Assembly (NCBI RefSeq): GCF_000014785.1
Contig: NC_008340.1
Location: forward strand, 150,001-182,000
DNA from: Alkalilimnicola ehrlichii MLHE-1
Lineage (GTDB): Bacteria > Pseudomonadota > Gammaproteobacteria > Nitrococcales > Halorhodospiraceae
Length of the DNA: 32,000 bases
Reading direction: 5' to 3'
A program made the translations under genes and the position numbers. Positions 17,494 to 25,784 of the stretch are shown here, piece by piece. The stretch's first letter is position 1. Each line of letters begins with the position of its first letter. Below the pieces are notes generated by a model that made no database searches, was not told the origin of the DNA, and saw nothing but the letters and a program-made list of their open reading frames with translations.

Positions 17494-19026
17494 TCAGAAT
17501 TCCTTGGTGAAGGTGGCGAGCAGCGCGTTCTCGCGATACTCCGCCGCCCGCTCGGACGACTCCCGTTGCTGATGGCGGTAGCTCAGGGTCGCGCGGGCGT
17601 CCGGGGTCAGCTGCCGGGAGATGGCGGCGCGCAGCCCCCACAGGTCGTCCTGGCGCTCATCGGCGAAATCGGAGCGCGAGAACCGGGCGCTCAGGGTGGT
17701 GTTGGTCCTGGGGCCGAGTGCCCAGGTCCAGCTCGCGTTGCCGCCCCGGGTCTGGCGGTCGGATTCAAACAGACCGCCCGGCTGGCCGCTGATGTCCGTC
17801 TCGGACTCACGCCGGGTGTGGAAGCCGCTCAGCCGGAAGGTGCTGCGACCGGTCTGGTACTGCCAGGCGCCGCGCCAGCTCTGCACGAAGAAAAAGCTCT
17901 GTACCCGGGCCTCGTCGATGTAGTCGTCGATGTTGTCGATAGGGATGTTGAGGTTGCCCTCGTCGTCGAAGATGCCGCCTTCGCCGATGAGATCGATGAT
18001 CTCCTGGAGCAACAAGTCCTCCCGGAAGAACTGCGTGGTCCGCTGGGTGGAGGTGATGCGCTCGCTATAACTGAGCCGGTAGCTGGCGCGCCGGCTGGCG
18101 TGTCGGGCGCTAATGGCGCGGTTCTTGCCGAAATAGCGTTCGCCGTAACTGGCCTGGACGCTGGTGGCCCGTGTGGGTGTCCAGGTGGCCCCCACCTCCC
18201 AGAAGGTGTCGTCCTCGTCGTCCCGCAGGGTCTCGAAGTTGTTGTAATCCCGGCCCACCTGGACGTAACTGCTGAAAAAGCGGCTGAATTGGTACCCCGC
18301 GGTGCCGGACACCGAGCCGAACTCGCCGGTGGGCGCGTTGTCGAACCGCTCCTCCCGGTAATCCGCAGCCAGTTGCCAGAAAGGGCGGTTGAAGGCCGGG
18401 CCGCTGTTCAGCTGATAGCTGGTCGCGTGGGTGTGGCTGTCGCCCTGGGTGCTGCGGTGGTTGAGCACCTCGCTGAAGCGGTAGCGCAACTGCTGGGTGG
18501 CGAACCGCCCGTAGCGGGTGATCAGGTAGGGGCTGATGCTGTAGCGAGTGGTCTCGCGGAGGTTCTCCCGGGGCGTGGAACCGCCCACGCCCACCGGACC
18601 GAGCAGAGAGTCGGCCTGTTCGGTGCGCAGGGCGGTGGCCTCGATAAAGAAGGTCTCGCGGATCACTTCCGCGGTGCCAGTCCCGGCCAGCCGGTGGCTG
18701 GTGCGGTCCTGGCCGGTCTCGCGGGCGTAGAAGCGGTTGTTCATCGAATAGTTGATCGACGCCTGGAGCCGGCCGTCATCCCGGCGCAGGCTGAAACCGG
18801 GGTTGACGCTGGTGATGAAGTCCCACTCCTCGCTGCCCCGCGGCGCCAGGGTGGCGTTGTCCGTCAGCTCGCCGGTCACGCTCACCCTCGGGGTGAACGT
18901 CCAATTGGCCGTCGCCGTCGTCGGCAGGGCGAGCCCGGCGATGACCAGGCCCAGCGCCACCAGAGTGGGGTTTCCGCATGCCCGCCGGGCGACGCCGGCT
19001 GACGCTATCCTTTCCCTACTCGCCAT
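17494..19026 (-). CDS. PEP-CTERM system-associated outer-membrane beta-barrel-like protein (TIGR03016-like)
   Basis: Signal-peptide-like N-terminus (ALGLVIAGLALPTTATANWTFTPRVSVTGELTDNATLAP), many alternating amphipathic strands, C-terminal ...ENALLATFTKEF. Position between ATPase and autokinase is typical. Confidence 0.82.
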   Translation of the reverse strand: MASRERIASAGVARRACGNPTLVALGLVIAGLALPTTATANWTFTPRVSVTGELTDNATLAPRGSEEWDFITSVNPGFSLRRDDGRLQASINYSMNNRFYARETGQDRTSHRLAGTGTAEVIRETFFIEATALRTEQADSLLGPVGVGGSTPRENLRETTRYSISPYLITRYGRFATQQLRYRFSEVLNHRSTQGDSHTHATSYQLNSGPAFNRPFWQLAADYREERFDNAPTGEFGSVSGTAGYQFSRFFSSYVQVGRDYNNFETLRDDEDDTFWEVGATWTPTRATSVQASYGERYFGKNRAISARHASRRASYRLSYSERITSTQRTTQFFREDLLLQEIIDLIGEGGIFDDEGNLNIPIDNIDDYIDEARVQSFFFVQSWRGAWQYQTGRSTFRLSGFHTRRESETDISGQPGGLFESDRQTRGGNASWTWALGPRTNTTLSARFSRSDFADERQDDLWGLRAAISRQLTPDARATLSYRHQQRESSERAAEYRENALLATFTKEF

Positions 19027-19972
19027 AAGGCCCCTTCCCGTAGCCCTGGGAATAGTAACCGCCATAGCCGCCCAGACCCGGGAGGCGGGTGGCCTTGTTT
19101 AAGGTGGTCAGCACTACGTCGCAGTGCTGCAGTTGCTCCATGGCGCGCTCCAGGGAAGTCCTGGGCGTGTGCTCCGCCTCCACCACCATGATGATCTGGC
19201 CCATGTGGCCGGCCAGCACCCCGGGCTCACTGGTGGCCAGCAGCGGTGGAGAGTCGAACAGGATGATGCGGTCGTCGTAGCGGTCGTGCAGTTCGTCCAG
19301 GATCTGCATCATCGCCTCGCTGGCCAACAGCTCGGTGGAGCGGCCGTGGGGACGCCCGGCGGGCAGCACGCTGAGATTGGGGATGCTGGTGCGCAGCAGC
19401 ACATCGGGGATCTCGATGTCGGGCTCGGTCAGGACATCCATCAGGCCCCGGTCGCTCTGAAAACCCAGGGTGTGGGGGACGGCCGGACGGGCCACGTCCG
19501 CATCAACCAGCAGCACCGTGCGGTCGACCTCCATGGCCATACTCAGGGCTAGGTTCACCGTGGTGAACGTCTTGCCCTCACGGGGCAGCGAGCTGGTCAC
19601 CATCACCAGGCGACCCTTGGGCACGCGCATGGCGTTGCTGCGGCCGAAGGCGTTGTCGAGGATCGGCCGCTTCATCATGCGGAACTCCTCGGCCAAGCCC
19701 GAACGCCGCTCGTTGGGCACGATGATGCCCTGCTTGCGCAGCCAGGCGAAGTCGATCTCGACCTGCTGGGATCGCTCCACCGGTGGCGGGGCCTTAGCCG
19801 CCGCCTTTAGTTGCGGTTGCGGGGCGGGGTCGCTGGTCGCGCCTACGGACTCCCCGGACCCCAGAGGCGCATCGGCAACCTCCGGCGCGGCGGACGTCGC
19901 CGTCCCTTGCCCTTCCTTATGCTGCTCGCGGGCGGTGCGGCTTTTGTTCAGTGCCTTTTCGATGATACTCAC
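19016..19972 (-). CDS. XrtA-associated tyrosine autokinase (BY-kinase, TIGR03018-like)
   Basis: VMVTSSLPREGKTFTTVNLALSMAMEVDRTVLLVDADVARP (Walker A/A'), IILFDSPPLLAT, Tyr-rich C-terminus GGYGGYYSQGYGKGPYGE. GTG start at 19972. Confidence 0.9.
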   Translation of the reverse strand: MSIIEKALNKSRTAREQHKEGQGTATSAAPEVADAPLGSGESVGATSDPAPQPQLKAAAKAPPPVERSQQVEIDFAWLRKQGIIVPNERRSGLAEEFRMMKRPILDNAFGRSNAMRVPKGRLVMVTSSLPREGKTFTTVNLALSMAMEVDRTVLLVDADVARPAVPHTLGFQSDRGLMDVLTEPDIEIPDVLLRTSIPNLSVLPAGRPHGRSTELLASEAMMQILDELHDRYDDRIILFDSPPLLATSEPGVLAGHMGQIIMVVEAEHTPRTSLERAMEQLQHCDVVLTTLNKATRLPGLGGYGGYYSQGYGKGPYGE

Positions 19973-19986
19973 GTCTTGGCAGACCT

Positions 19987-21498
19987 CTAACCGGAGAAGT
20001 AAACGCCGACCACCACGAAGAACGCGACCAGCAGGCTGCCGGTGGCGGTGGCGAAGACCAACAGCTCCAGCATGCGCCGCCGGCGGCGGATCGGGGTCCG
20101 CACGCGGGAGACCTGCCCCAGCACCGGGCGCCCGGTCAGTTCGGCCAGTTGACTGTTGCTGTTCACGGTGCCGCGCAGCTGCGCCAGCAGGAAGGCAAAA
20201 CCGCCGCCGGCACCCAGCCCCAGGATGAGCACCATGCTGGCCAGTGCCGGCCGGTTGGGTGAGGCCGGGTTGCTGGGCAGACGCGGCGGCTCGAGCACGC
20301 GGAAGTCCACCGAGTCGGTCTGCGTCTCCACCTCTCCGGACATGATCGCCCGCTCCCGGGTGCTGAGCAGCTGGCGGTAGCTGTTCTTCAGTACGTCGTA
20401 ATTGCGGGTCAACGACGTGAATTCGGATTCCACCGCCGGCACCCGGTCCACCTGCGCCTCCAGGCGGGCGACCCGGTCCTCGAACTCCTCGACCCGTGTC
20501 TCCAGCGCCGCCGCGCGACTCTGCGCCTCGGCCAGGGCCATCTGCAGCGGATGCTGGGACTGGCTGGCGCCGTCTAGGCCGTCGGCGCCGGAGGCCGCGA
20601 ACTGCTCCGCCTCCTCGGCCATCTGGGTGCGCAACTCGTCCAGCACCCGGCGGGCCGACTTCACATCGGGGTGCTCGTCGGTATACCGCTGGCGCAGGGT
20701 GTCCAGCTCGCTCTCAAGGCGGCTGATGCGCTGTTTCAGCTCAGGGTTCTCGTACCCCAGGCCGTCAGCCGACGTGCCGCCCTCGCGGATGCGTTGGGCA
20801 AAGGTGTTCACCCGGCGCTGTACCTCCCGGTGTTCCAGCCGGGCTTGCTCCAGACGCTCCTTGGCCTGCTCCAGGCGGTTGTAGAAGCTGCCGCCGGCGC
20901 TCAGATAGGCCGCGTTATCGCGCTTGAACTGCTCGATCTCAGCCTCTTTCTCCTCCAGTTGCCGCTCGTAGTTCTCCAGCTGGCGCTCGATGAACTGCCG
21001 GGAGCTGGTCAGGTCCAGCCGGGAGTCGCCCAGGCCGCGTTCCATGAAGAGATTGACTGTCTCCTGAACGACGCGGTGGGCCACCTCCGGGTCGCCGTGG
21101 CGGAAGGAGATGTTGTAAATGTTGTCGCGCTGCCCGCCGTCCAGTGAGAGTCGGGAGCGCAGGACACCCACTTGGCTGTCGATGTTGTCGCTGCCGGTGA
21201 GCACGCCAAGGTCGCTGGCCTCGGCGATGCGCTCCAGGTTGTCGCGGCTGAGCAGGGTGCGGGTCATCATCCGCAACCGCTGCTCGGTGTCGGGCCGCAC
21301 GGTCATACCCCGAAGCAGGGGGTCGAGCACCGACTGGGTGTTGACGTAGACGCGGGCCGACGACTGGTAAGTGTCCGGGATGGTCTGGATATAGGCCCAC
21401 CCCGTCAGACAGATCAGCCACGCGATTGGGATGATCCACCAACGCTTGCGCCAGGTGGCGCGCGCCTGCTGAAGGACCTCCTGATAAATCTTTTCCAT
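19987..21498 (-). CDS. XrtA system polysaccharide chain-length determinant (Wzz/GumC family)
   Basis: N-terminal TM IIPIAWLICLTGWAYIQTIPDTYQSSARVYVNTQSVLDPLLRGMTV, long coiled coil, C-terminal PxxP-like LPSNPASPNRPALASMVLILGLGAGG. Confidence 0.9.
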   Translation of the reverse strand: MEKIYQEVLQQARATWRKRWWIIPIAWLICLTGWAYIQTIPDTYQSSARVYVNTQSVLDPLLRGMTVRPDTEQRLRMMTRTLLSRDNLERIAEASDLGVLTGSDNIDSQVGVLRSRLSLDGGQRDNIYNISFRHGDPEVAHRVVQETVNLFMERGLGDSRLDLTSSRQFIERQLENYERQLEEKEAEIEQFKRDNAAYLSAGGSFYNRLEQAKERLEQARLEHREVQRRVNTFAQRIREGGTSADGLGYENPELKQRISRLESELDTLRQRYTDEHPDVKSARRVLDELRTQMAEEAEQFAASGADGLDGASQSQHPLQMALAEAQSRAAALETRVEEFEDRVARLEAQVDRVPAVESEFTSLTRNYDVLKNSYRQLLSTRERAIMSGEVETQTDSVDFRVLEPPRLPSNPASPNRPALASMVLILGLGAGGGFAFLLAQLRGTVNSNSQLAELTGRPVLGQVSRVRTPIRRRRRMLELLVFATATGSLLVAFFVVVGVYFSG

Positions 21499-21848
21499 TG
21501 CTGCTCAGACCCCTGCCGGCTATTGGGCCGGCGCGGCACTACGTTGGAACCAGTCCGTCCCGACGGGGACGACGCCTGTCACTTATTCAAGCACAAAAAT
21601 AGCAGTCTGCCCGGCGGATTCAGCGGGCCCTTTAAGGGGGGGCGTGGTGCGCCGGGCGCCCGGCCCCCGGTCTCCACGCATGCGGTGTCGACATCCTTTA
21701 CAACCGTAGGCAGCGGGGTGGGGGTCGGAACAGCGAGAGTGCCAGATTATCGAACTAGTAACAACGATTTATCGATCCCGGTCTGAATATTGCTGGATTG
21801 CATGAAAAATACTCGAAGCCAGCCGCTCGTCTCGGGCAAGGGGATGGA

Positions 21849-22421
21849 ATGAACGTAGAAGAACTGGCTGAAGAACTGGCCGATTTTTGGGCCTCAGCGC
21901 TGGTGGAACGCGACTGGGCGGGTCGGCTGGAGCTCATGAACCGGATCCACGAGCAGTTGTATAAGGATCTCGAGGATGAGCGCACCTTCCGTCAGGTCTC
22001 CCTTCATTTCGTGGCCGCCGCCATCCATCGATTGGGCGATCCGCCGGTGACGTCGGATGCCCAGGCCGAAATCTACGCCCAGTCCGCCGACGAGGCCCAT
22101 TGCCAGGCGGCCCGGCTCTGGTGGAAGCATGGTCGTGGCGGGAACGAGGCCGGTGAAGCGGCGGGCGAGGAAAGGCGGCGGTATCAGCGCCGAGTGGTGG
22201 ATGAGCCGAGCCTGGTGTGGATCGGGGAGCACACGGTGGCCTGCCGTCTGGTGGACCTGTCGGCCGGCGGCGCCCGTGTGACCGCCTTCGCGACGGACCT
22301 TGGTGTGGGCACACAGGTGCGGGTGGCCATGCCGGATGGCGAGGTGCAGCCGGCCAAGGTGGTACACGCCAATGCCTGCAGCGCGGGGCTGCGTTTTGAG
22401 CCGGTACAGCGGGCGGCGTGA
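21849..22421 (+). CDS. PilZ domain protein with N-terminal helical domain (putative c-di-GMP effector)
   Basis: C-terminal half has the PilZ signature: RRRYQRR ... CRLVDLSAGGARV (RxxxR plus DxSxxG). Start at ATG 21849 preferred with AAGGGGAT upstream. Confidence 0.8.
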   Translation: MNVEELAEELADFWASALVERDWAGRLELMNRIHEQLYKDLEDERTFRQVSLHFVAAAIHRLGDPPVTSDAQAEIYAQSADEAHCQAARLWWKHGRGGNEAGEAAGEERRRYQRRVVDEPSLVWIGEHTVACRLVDLSAGGARVTAFATDLGVGTQVRVAMPDGEVQPAKVVHANACSAGLRFEPVQRAA

Positions 22422-22681
22422 CTGCGCGCGGGTTGGCGGGATAGGGGTGTGGACGGGTGTTGAATGTGCGGAAAGTGGTAAGGACCCTGCCTGATGCCGG
22501 GGGGTACATGCCACGTCGTGCTAAAGATGCCCCTGTTTTTAGTCGTTTTATCGCAGGGACTAACCGTATAGTCTTAGCACTCTGGCTGCGCTTGCGGCCG
22601 ATGCAGGGGGGAGGGTCACCGGACTTGCGGTCCGCCGACGACGCCCTTCTGGCCTTGGGTCGAACCGGTGAACCAGATGCG

Positions 22682-23395
22682 ATGAACAATTTCACACACC
22701 AGGTGGTTCTGGCGGATTGCGCCGCACCCCGGCGTGACCACTTCCGGCTGCGCCATCAGGTCTTCTGCCAGGAGTATCGCTTTGAGCCGCCGGAGCAACA
22801 TCCGGAGGGGCTCGAACGGGATGCCCACGATACCCAGTCCGTCCATTTCCTCGTCGGCCCACCGGACCCGGCATCTCGGGTTGCTACACCCTGGGTCGGC
22901 GCCATGCGGCTGGTCCGCCCCGCGCCCCTGGCATTACCGATGAAGGGGGTGCTCTGCCCTGATGGGGTAGCGGCTGGTGGCTTGGATGGCCGTCACCGCT
23001 CGATCCTGGAGGTCTCCCGCCTGCTGCTCCGGCCCGAGGCCCGGGGTGGCCGCTCGCCGGTGATGATCTACCTCCTGTGCCGTGCCGCTTGGGCCTATGC
23101 CATGCAACACGGGTTTGAGGAGCTCTACTTCATGGTCACGCCCGCCCTGGCCCGGTTCGTGCGCGGCCAGGGGTTACCCCTTCAGGTTTTTGCGCCCCCG
23201 GTGGATCACCGCGGGGTCCGGTTGCCCTGTCGGGTTTCCACCACCGACCTGGGCGCGGGGCTGCGCGTCTGGCGTGGTCGTTTACCCGGCCCGGTCCCGG
23301 CGACCCCATACCTGAGTTATGCCGAGCACGTGGCGAGGCCCGAGGCGGCCGGGTTTTTGGGAGCGGGCGAGTCATGGGCCGTCCGTATGGCTTGA
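22682..23395 (+). CDS. PEP-CTERM/exosortase system-associated acyltransferase (TIGR03694-like), copy 1
   Basis: MNNFTHQVVLADCAAPRRDHFRLRHQVFCQEYRFEPPEQHPEGLERDAHDTQSVHFLVG...MRLVRPAPLALPM...SILEVSRLLLRPEARG: LuxI-like GNAT pattern. ORF is open to 22457; start uncertain. Confidence 0.82.
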   Translation: MNNFTHQVVLADCAAPRRDHFRLRHQVFCQEYRFEPPEQHPEGLERDAHDTQSVHFLVGPPDPASRVATPWVGAMRLVRPAPLALPMKGVLCPDGVAAGGLDGRHRSILEVSRLLLRPEARGGRSPVMIYLLCRAAWAYAMQHGFEELYFMVTPALARFVRGQGLPLQVFAPPVDHRGVRLPCRVSTTDLGAGLRVWRGRLPGPVPATPYLSYAEHVARPEAAGFLGAGESWAVRMA

Positions 23396-23439
23396 GCGAG
23401 ACCGGGGTTGGCCGATGACCTCCCCGACAGGAGCGAACC

Positions 23440-24195
23440 ATGTCTGATGCGCCTTTGGCCGAGGCCTTTGAAGCCTACTTTGACTACTCGCTGGCCCGCG
23501 GTGATGAGCAGGAGGAGATTCACCGGCTGCGCTATGACGTCTATTGCCGTGAGTTCGGCTTCGAGCGGGAGGAGGACTGCCCCGGGGGGCTGGAGCAGGA
23601 TGAGTTCGATGCCCTCTCATGGCACGGGCTGCTCCGCCACCGTGGCACGGGACGGGCCGCCGGCTGTGTGCGGGTGGTGCCCGCCGACGCCGGGGCACCG
23701 GGTGCCGCCCTGCCCATCGAGAAGCACTGCGGGGAGAGCTTCTTTCACCCGGAACTCCGGCCCGATCTGTTGGAGCGCGAACACGTTTGCGAGGTTTCCC
23801 GGCTGGCGGTGCATGGGGTGTTCCGCCGTCGGCGCGGTGAGTCGAAGACCCCGTTGGGTGACGTGGACGGCCTGGAAATCCCGGCAGAGCATTACCGGAC
23901 CTTTCCCTTGATGGCGGTGAGCCTGTTCATGGCCGCCACCGCCCTGACCGGGTTGACCGGTAAGCACCATGTATTCGCCATGATGGAGCCCCGGCTGGCA
24001 CGCCTGTTGAGCCGCAGCGGATTGGTGTTCGTGCAGGTGGGTGATGTGCTGGACTACCATGGGCTGCGTGCGGCCTTCTATATTCATCGGGACAACGCTG
24101 TACGCGAACTGAAACAGTCCGCGATGCTGAACCGCCTCTACCAGCGGGCGCTGGAACAACTTGGGGAGGGCTTCTACGCCACGACCACGGCCTAG
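23440..24195 (+). CDS. PEP-CTERM/exosortase system-associated acyltransferase (TIGR03694-like), copy 2
   Basis: MSDAPLAEAFEAYFDYSLARGDEQEEIHRLRYDVYCREFGFEREEDCPGGLEQDEFDALSWHGLLRHRGTGRAAGCVRVVPAD...HVCEVSRLAVHGVFRRRRG. Confidence 0.87.
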   Translation: MSDAPLAEAFEAYFDYSLARGDEQEEIHRLRYDVYCREFGFEREEDCPGGLEQDEFDALSWHGLLRHRGTGRAAGCVRVVPADAGAPGAALPIEKHCGESFFHPELRPDLLEREHVCEVSRLAVHGVFRRRRGESKTPLGDVDGLEIPAEHYRTFPLMAVSLFMAATALTGLTGKHHVFAMMEPRLARLLSRSGLVFVQVGDVLDYHGLRAAFYIHRDNAVRELKQSAMLNRLYQRALEQLGEGFYATTTA

Positions 24196-24216
24196 GGAGT
24201 CGGGCTCGCCCCCTAC

Positions 24217-24822
24217 GTCACTGCGAGGAGGCGAAGCCGACGTGGCAGTCTACCGCTCTGGATCGCCGCGGGCCTCCGGCCCTCGCGATGACGGGGATGG
24301 CGCCCCCACCGTCACTGCGAGGAGCGAAGCGACGCGGCAGTCCAGGCGCCGCATGGATCGCCACGGGCCTTCGGCCCTCGCGATGACGGGGGAAGGCCTC
24401 CGGCCCTCGCGATGACGGAGAGGAGGCCTCCGGCGCTCGCGATGACGGGGATGGCGCCCCCACCGTCACTGCGAGGAGCGAAGCGACGCGGCAGTCCAGG
24501 CGCCGCATGGATCGCCACGGGCCTCCGGCCCTCGCGATGACGGAGAGGAGGCCTGCGGCCCTCGCGATGACAGGGATGGCGCCCCCACCGTCACTGCGAG
24601 GAGCGAAGCGACGCGGCAGTCCAGGCGCCGCATGGATCGCCACGGGCCTCCGGCCCTCGCGATGACGGAGAGGAGGCCTGCGGCCCTCGCGATGACGGGG
24701 ATGGCGCCCCCAACGTCACTGCGAGGAGCGAAGCGACGCGGCAGTCCAGGCGCCGCTTGGATCGCCACGGGCCTTCGGCCCTCGCGATGACGGGGGAAGG
24801 CCTCCGGCCCTCGCGATGACGA
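24217..24822. repeat. Array of five ~76-77-bp repeat units plus extra half-copies of the right end
   Basis: Units GTCACTGCGAGG...CCTCGCGATGAC at 24217-24292 (76 bp) and 24311-24387, 24465-24541, 24590-24666, 24715-24791 (77 bp each). Interspersed 'GCCTCCGGCCCTCGCGATGACGG' fragments. Ends are imperfect inverted repeats. Confidence 0.95.
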
Positions 24823-24881
24823 AGGTGGGTGCGCTCGCAACGATGGTTTCTTCACCGCTTCCCGGATGCAGGGAGCCAGCG

Positions 24882-25784
24882 ATGGCAGGGTTTGATTACC
24901 GGACCGCCTTCACCCGCAACGTGGGCTGGGTGACCGAAGAGGAGCTGCAGCGCCTGAGGCGGGCGCGGGTGGCTATCGCCGGCCTGGGTGGCGTCGGCGG
25001 AGCCCATCTGCTCACACTGGCGCGCCTGGGTGTCGGCGCCTTTCACATCTCCGACTTCGACCACTTCGAGTTGCACAACATGAACCGTCAGGCCGGGGCC
25101 TGCATGAGCCGGTTGGGCCAGCCCAAGGTCGAGGTCCTGGCGGAGATGGCCCGCGACATCAACCCCGAACTGGACCTGACCCTGTTTCCCGAGGGCGTGG
25201 GCCGGGGGAACCTGGCAGACTTCCTGGACGGGGTCGATGTCTACGTGGACGGCCTGGATTTTTTCGCCTTCGAGGCCCGCCGGCAGGTGTTCGCAGAGGT
25301 GGCCCGCCGGGGTATCCCCGCCGTCACGGTGGCCCCCCTGGGCATGGGCGGGGCGTTGCTTAACTTCGACCCGCAGGGCATGAGCTTCGACGCCTATTTC
25401 GACCTGCGCGACGGGCTCTCCGATGAGGACCTGGCGCTGCGCTTCATGATGGGCCTGGCCCCGGCCATGCTGCACATGGGCTACCTGGCCGATGCGGCGG
25501 CGGTGGATCTGGGCGCCCAGCGAGGGCCTTCCACCCCGATGGCCTGCGACCTGTGTGCCGGCATCATGGGCACCGAGGTGCTCAAGATCCTGCTGGGTCG
25601 CGGGCGGGTGGTCTGGGCCCCCCGGGGGATGCACTTTGACGCCTACCGGCAGCGCCTGGCTCACACCTGGCGCCCCGGGGGCAACCGCAACCCCTTGCAA
25701 CGGCTGCTGATGGCCATCGCCCGGCGGCGACTGGCGAAACTGCGCACGGCCCAGCGGCCGGCGCAGACTGGAGGTGCACGATGA
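24882..25784 (+). CDS. ThiF/E1-like adenylyltransferase family protein
   Basis: ARVAIAGLGGVGGAHLLTLARLGVGAFHISDFDHFELHNMNRQAGACMSRLGQPKVEVLAEMARDINPEL...VDVYVDGLDFFAFEARRQVF...PSTPMACDLCAGIMGTEVLKILLG. Confidence 0.88.
   Translation: MAGFDYRTAFTRNVGWVTEEELQRLRRARVAIAGLGGVGGAHLLTLARLGVGAFHISDFDHFELHNMNRQAGACMSRLGQPKVEVLAEMARDINPELDLTLFPEGVGRGNLADFLDGVDVYVDGLDFFAFEARRQVFAEVARRGIPAVTVAPLGMGGALLNFDPQGMSFDAYFDLRDGLSDEDLALRFMMGLAPAMLHMGYLADAAAVDLGAQRGPSTPMACDLCAGIMGTEVLKILLGRGRVVWAPRGMHFDAYRQRLAHTWRPGGNRNPLQRLLMAIARRRLAKLRTAQRPAQTGGAR

Noticed and set aside
17263-19002. Plus-strand 579-aa ORF opposite the ATPase and TIGR03016-like genes
   Set aside because: Crosses two well-supported minus-strand genes, has low-complexity composition and no recognisable motif.
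22556-22584. Possible sigma-54 site (TAGCACTCTGGCTGCG) before the first acyltransferase
   Set aside because: The invariant GG of the -24 element is AG, so it is too weak to call.
24217-24822. CRISPR array
   Set aside because: Repeat units are 76-77 bp with short non-unique spacers made of fragments of the same repeat, and no cas genes are present.
24161-24855. Repetitive small ORFs (24218-24643, 24312-24518 and 24466-24855 minus; 24161-24415 plus)
   Set aside because: Their peptides repeat (MAIHAAPGLPRRFAPRSDGGG..., PSSSRGPEA...) because they are translations of the 77-bp DNA repeats. No start-site or homology support.
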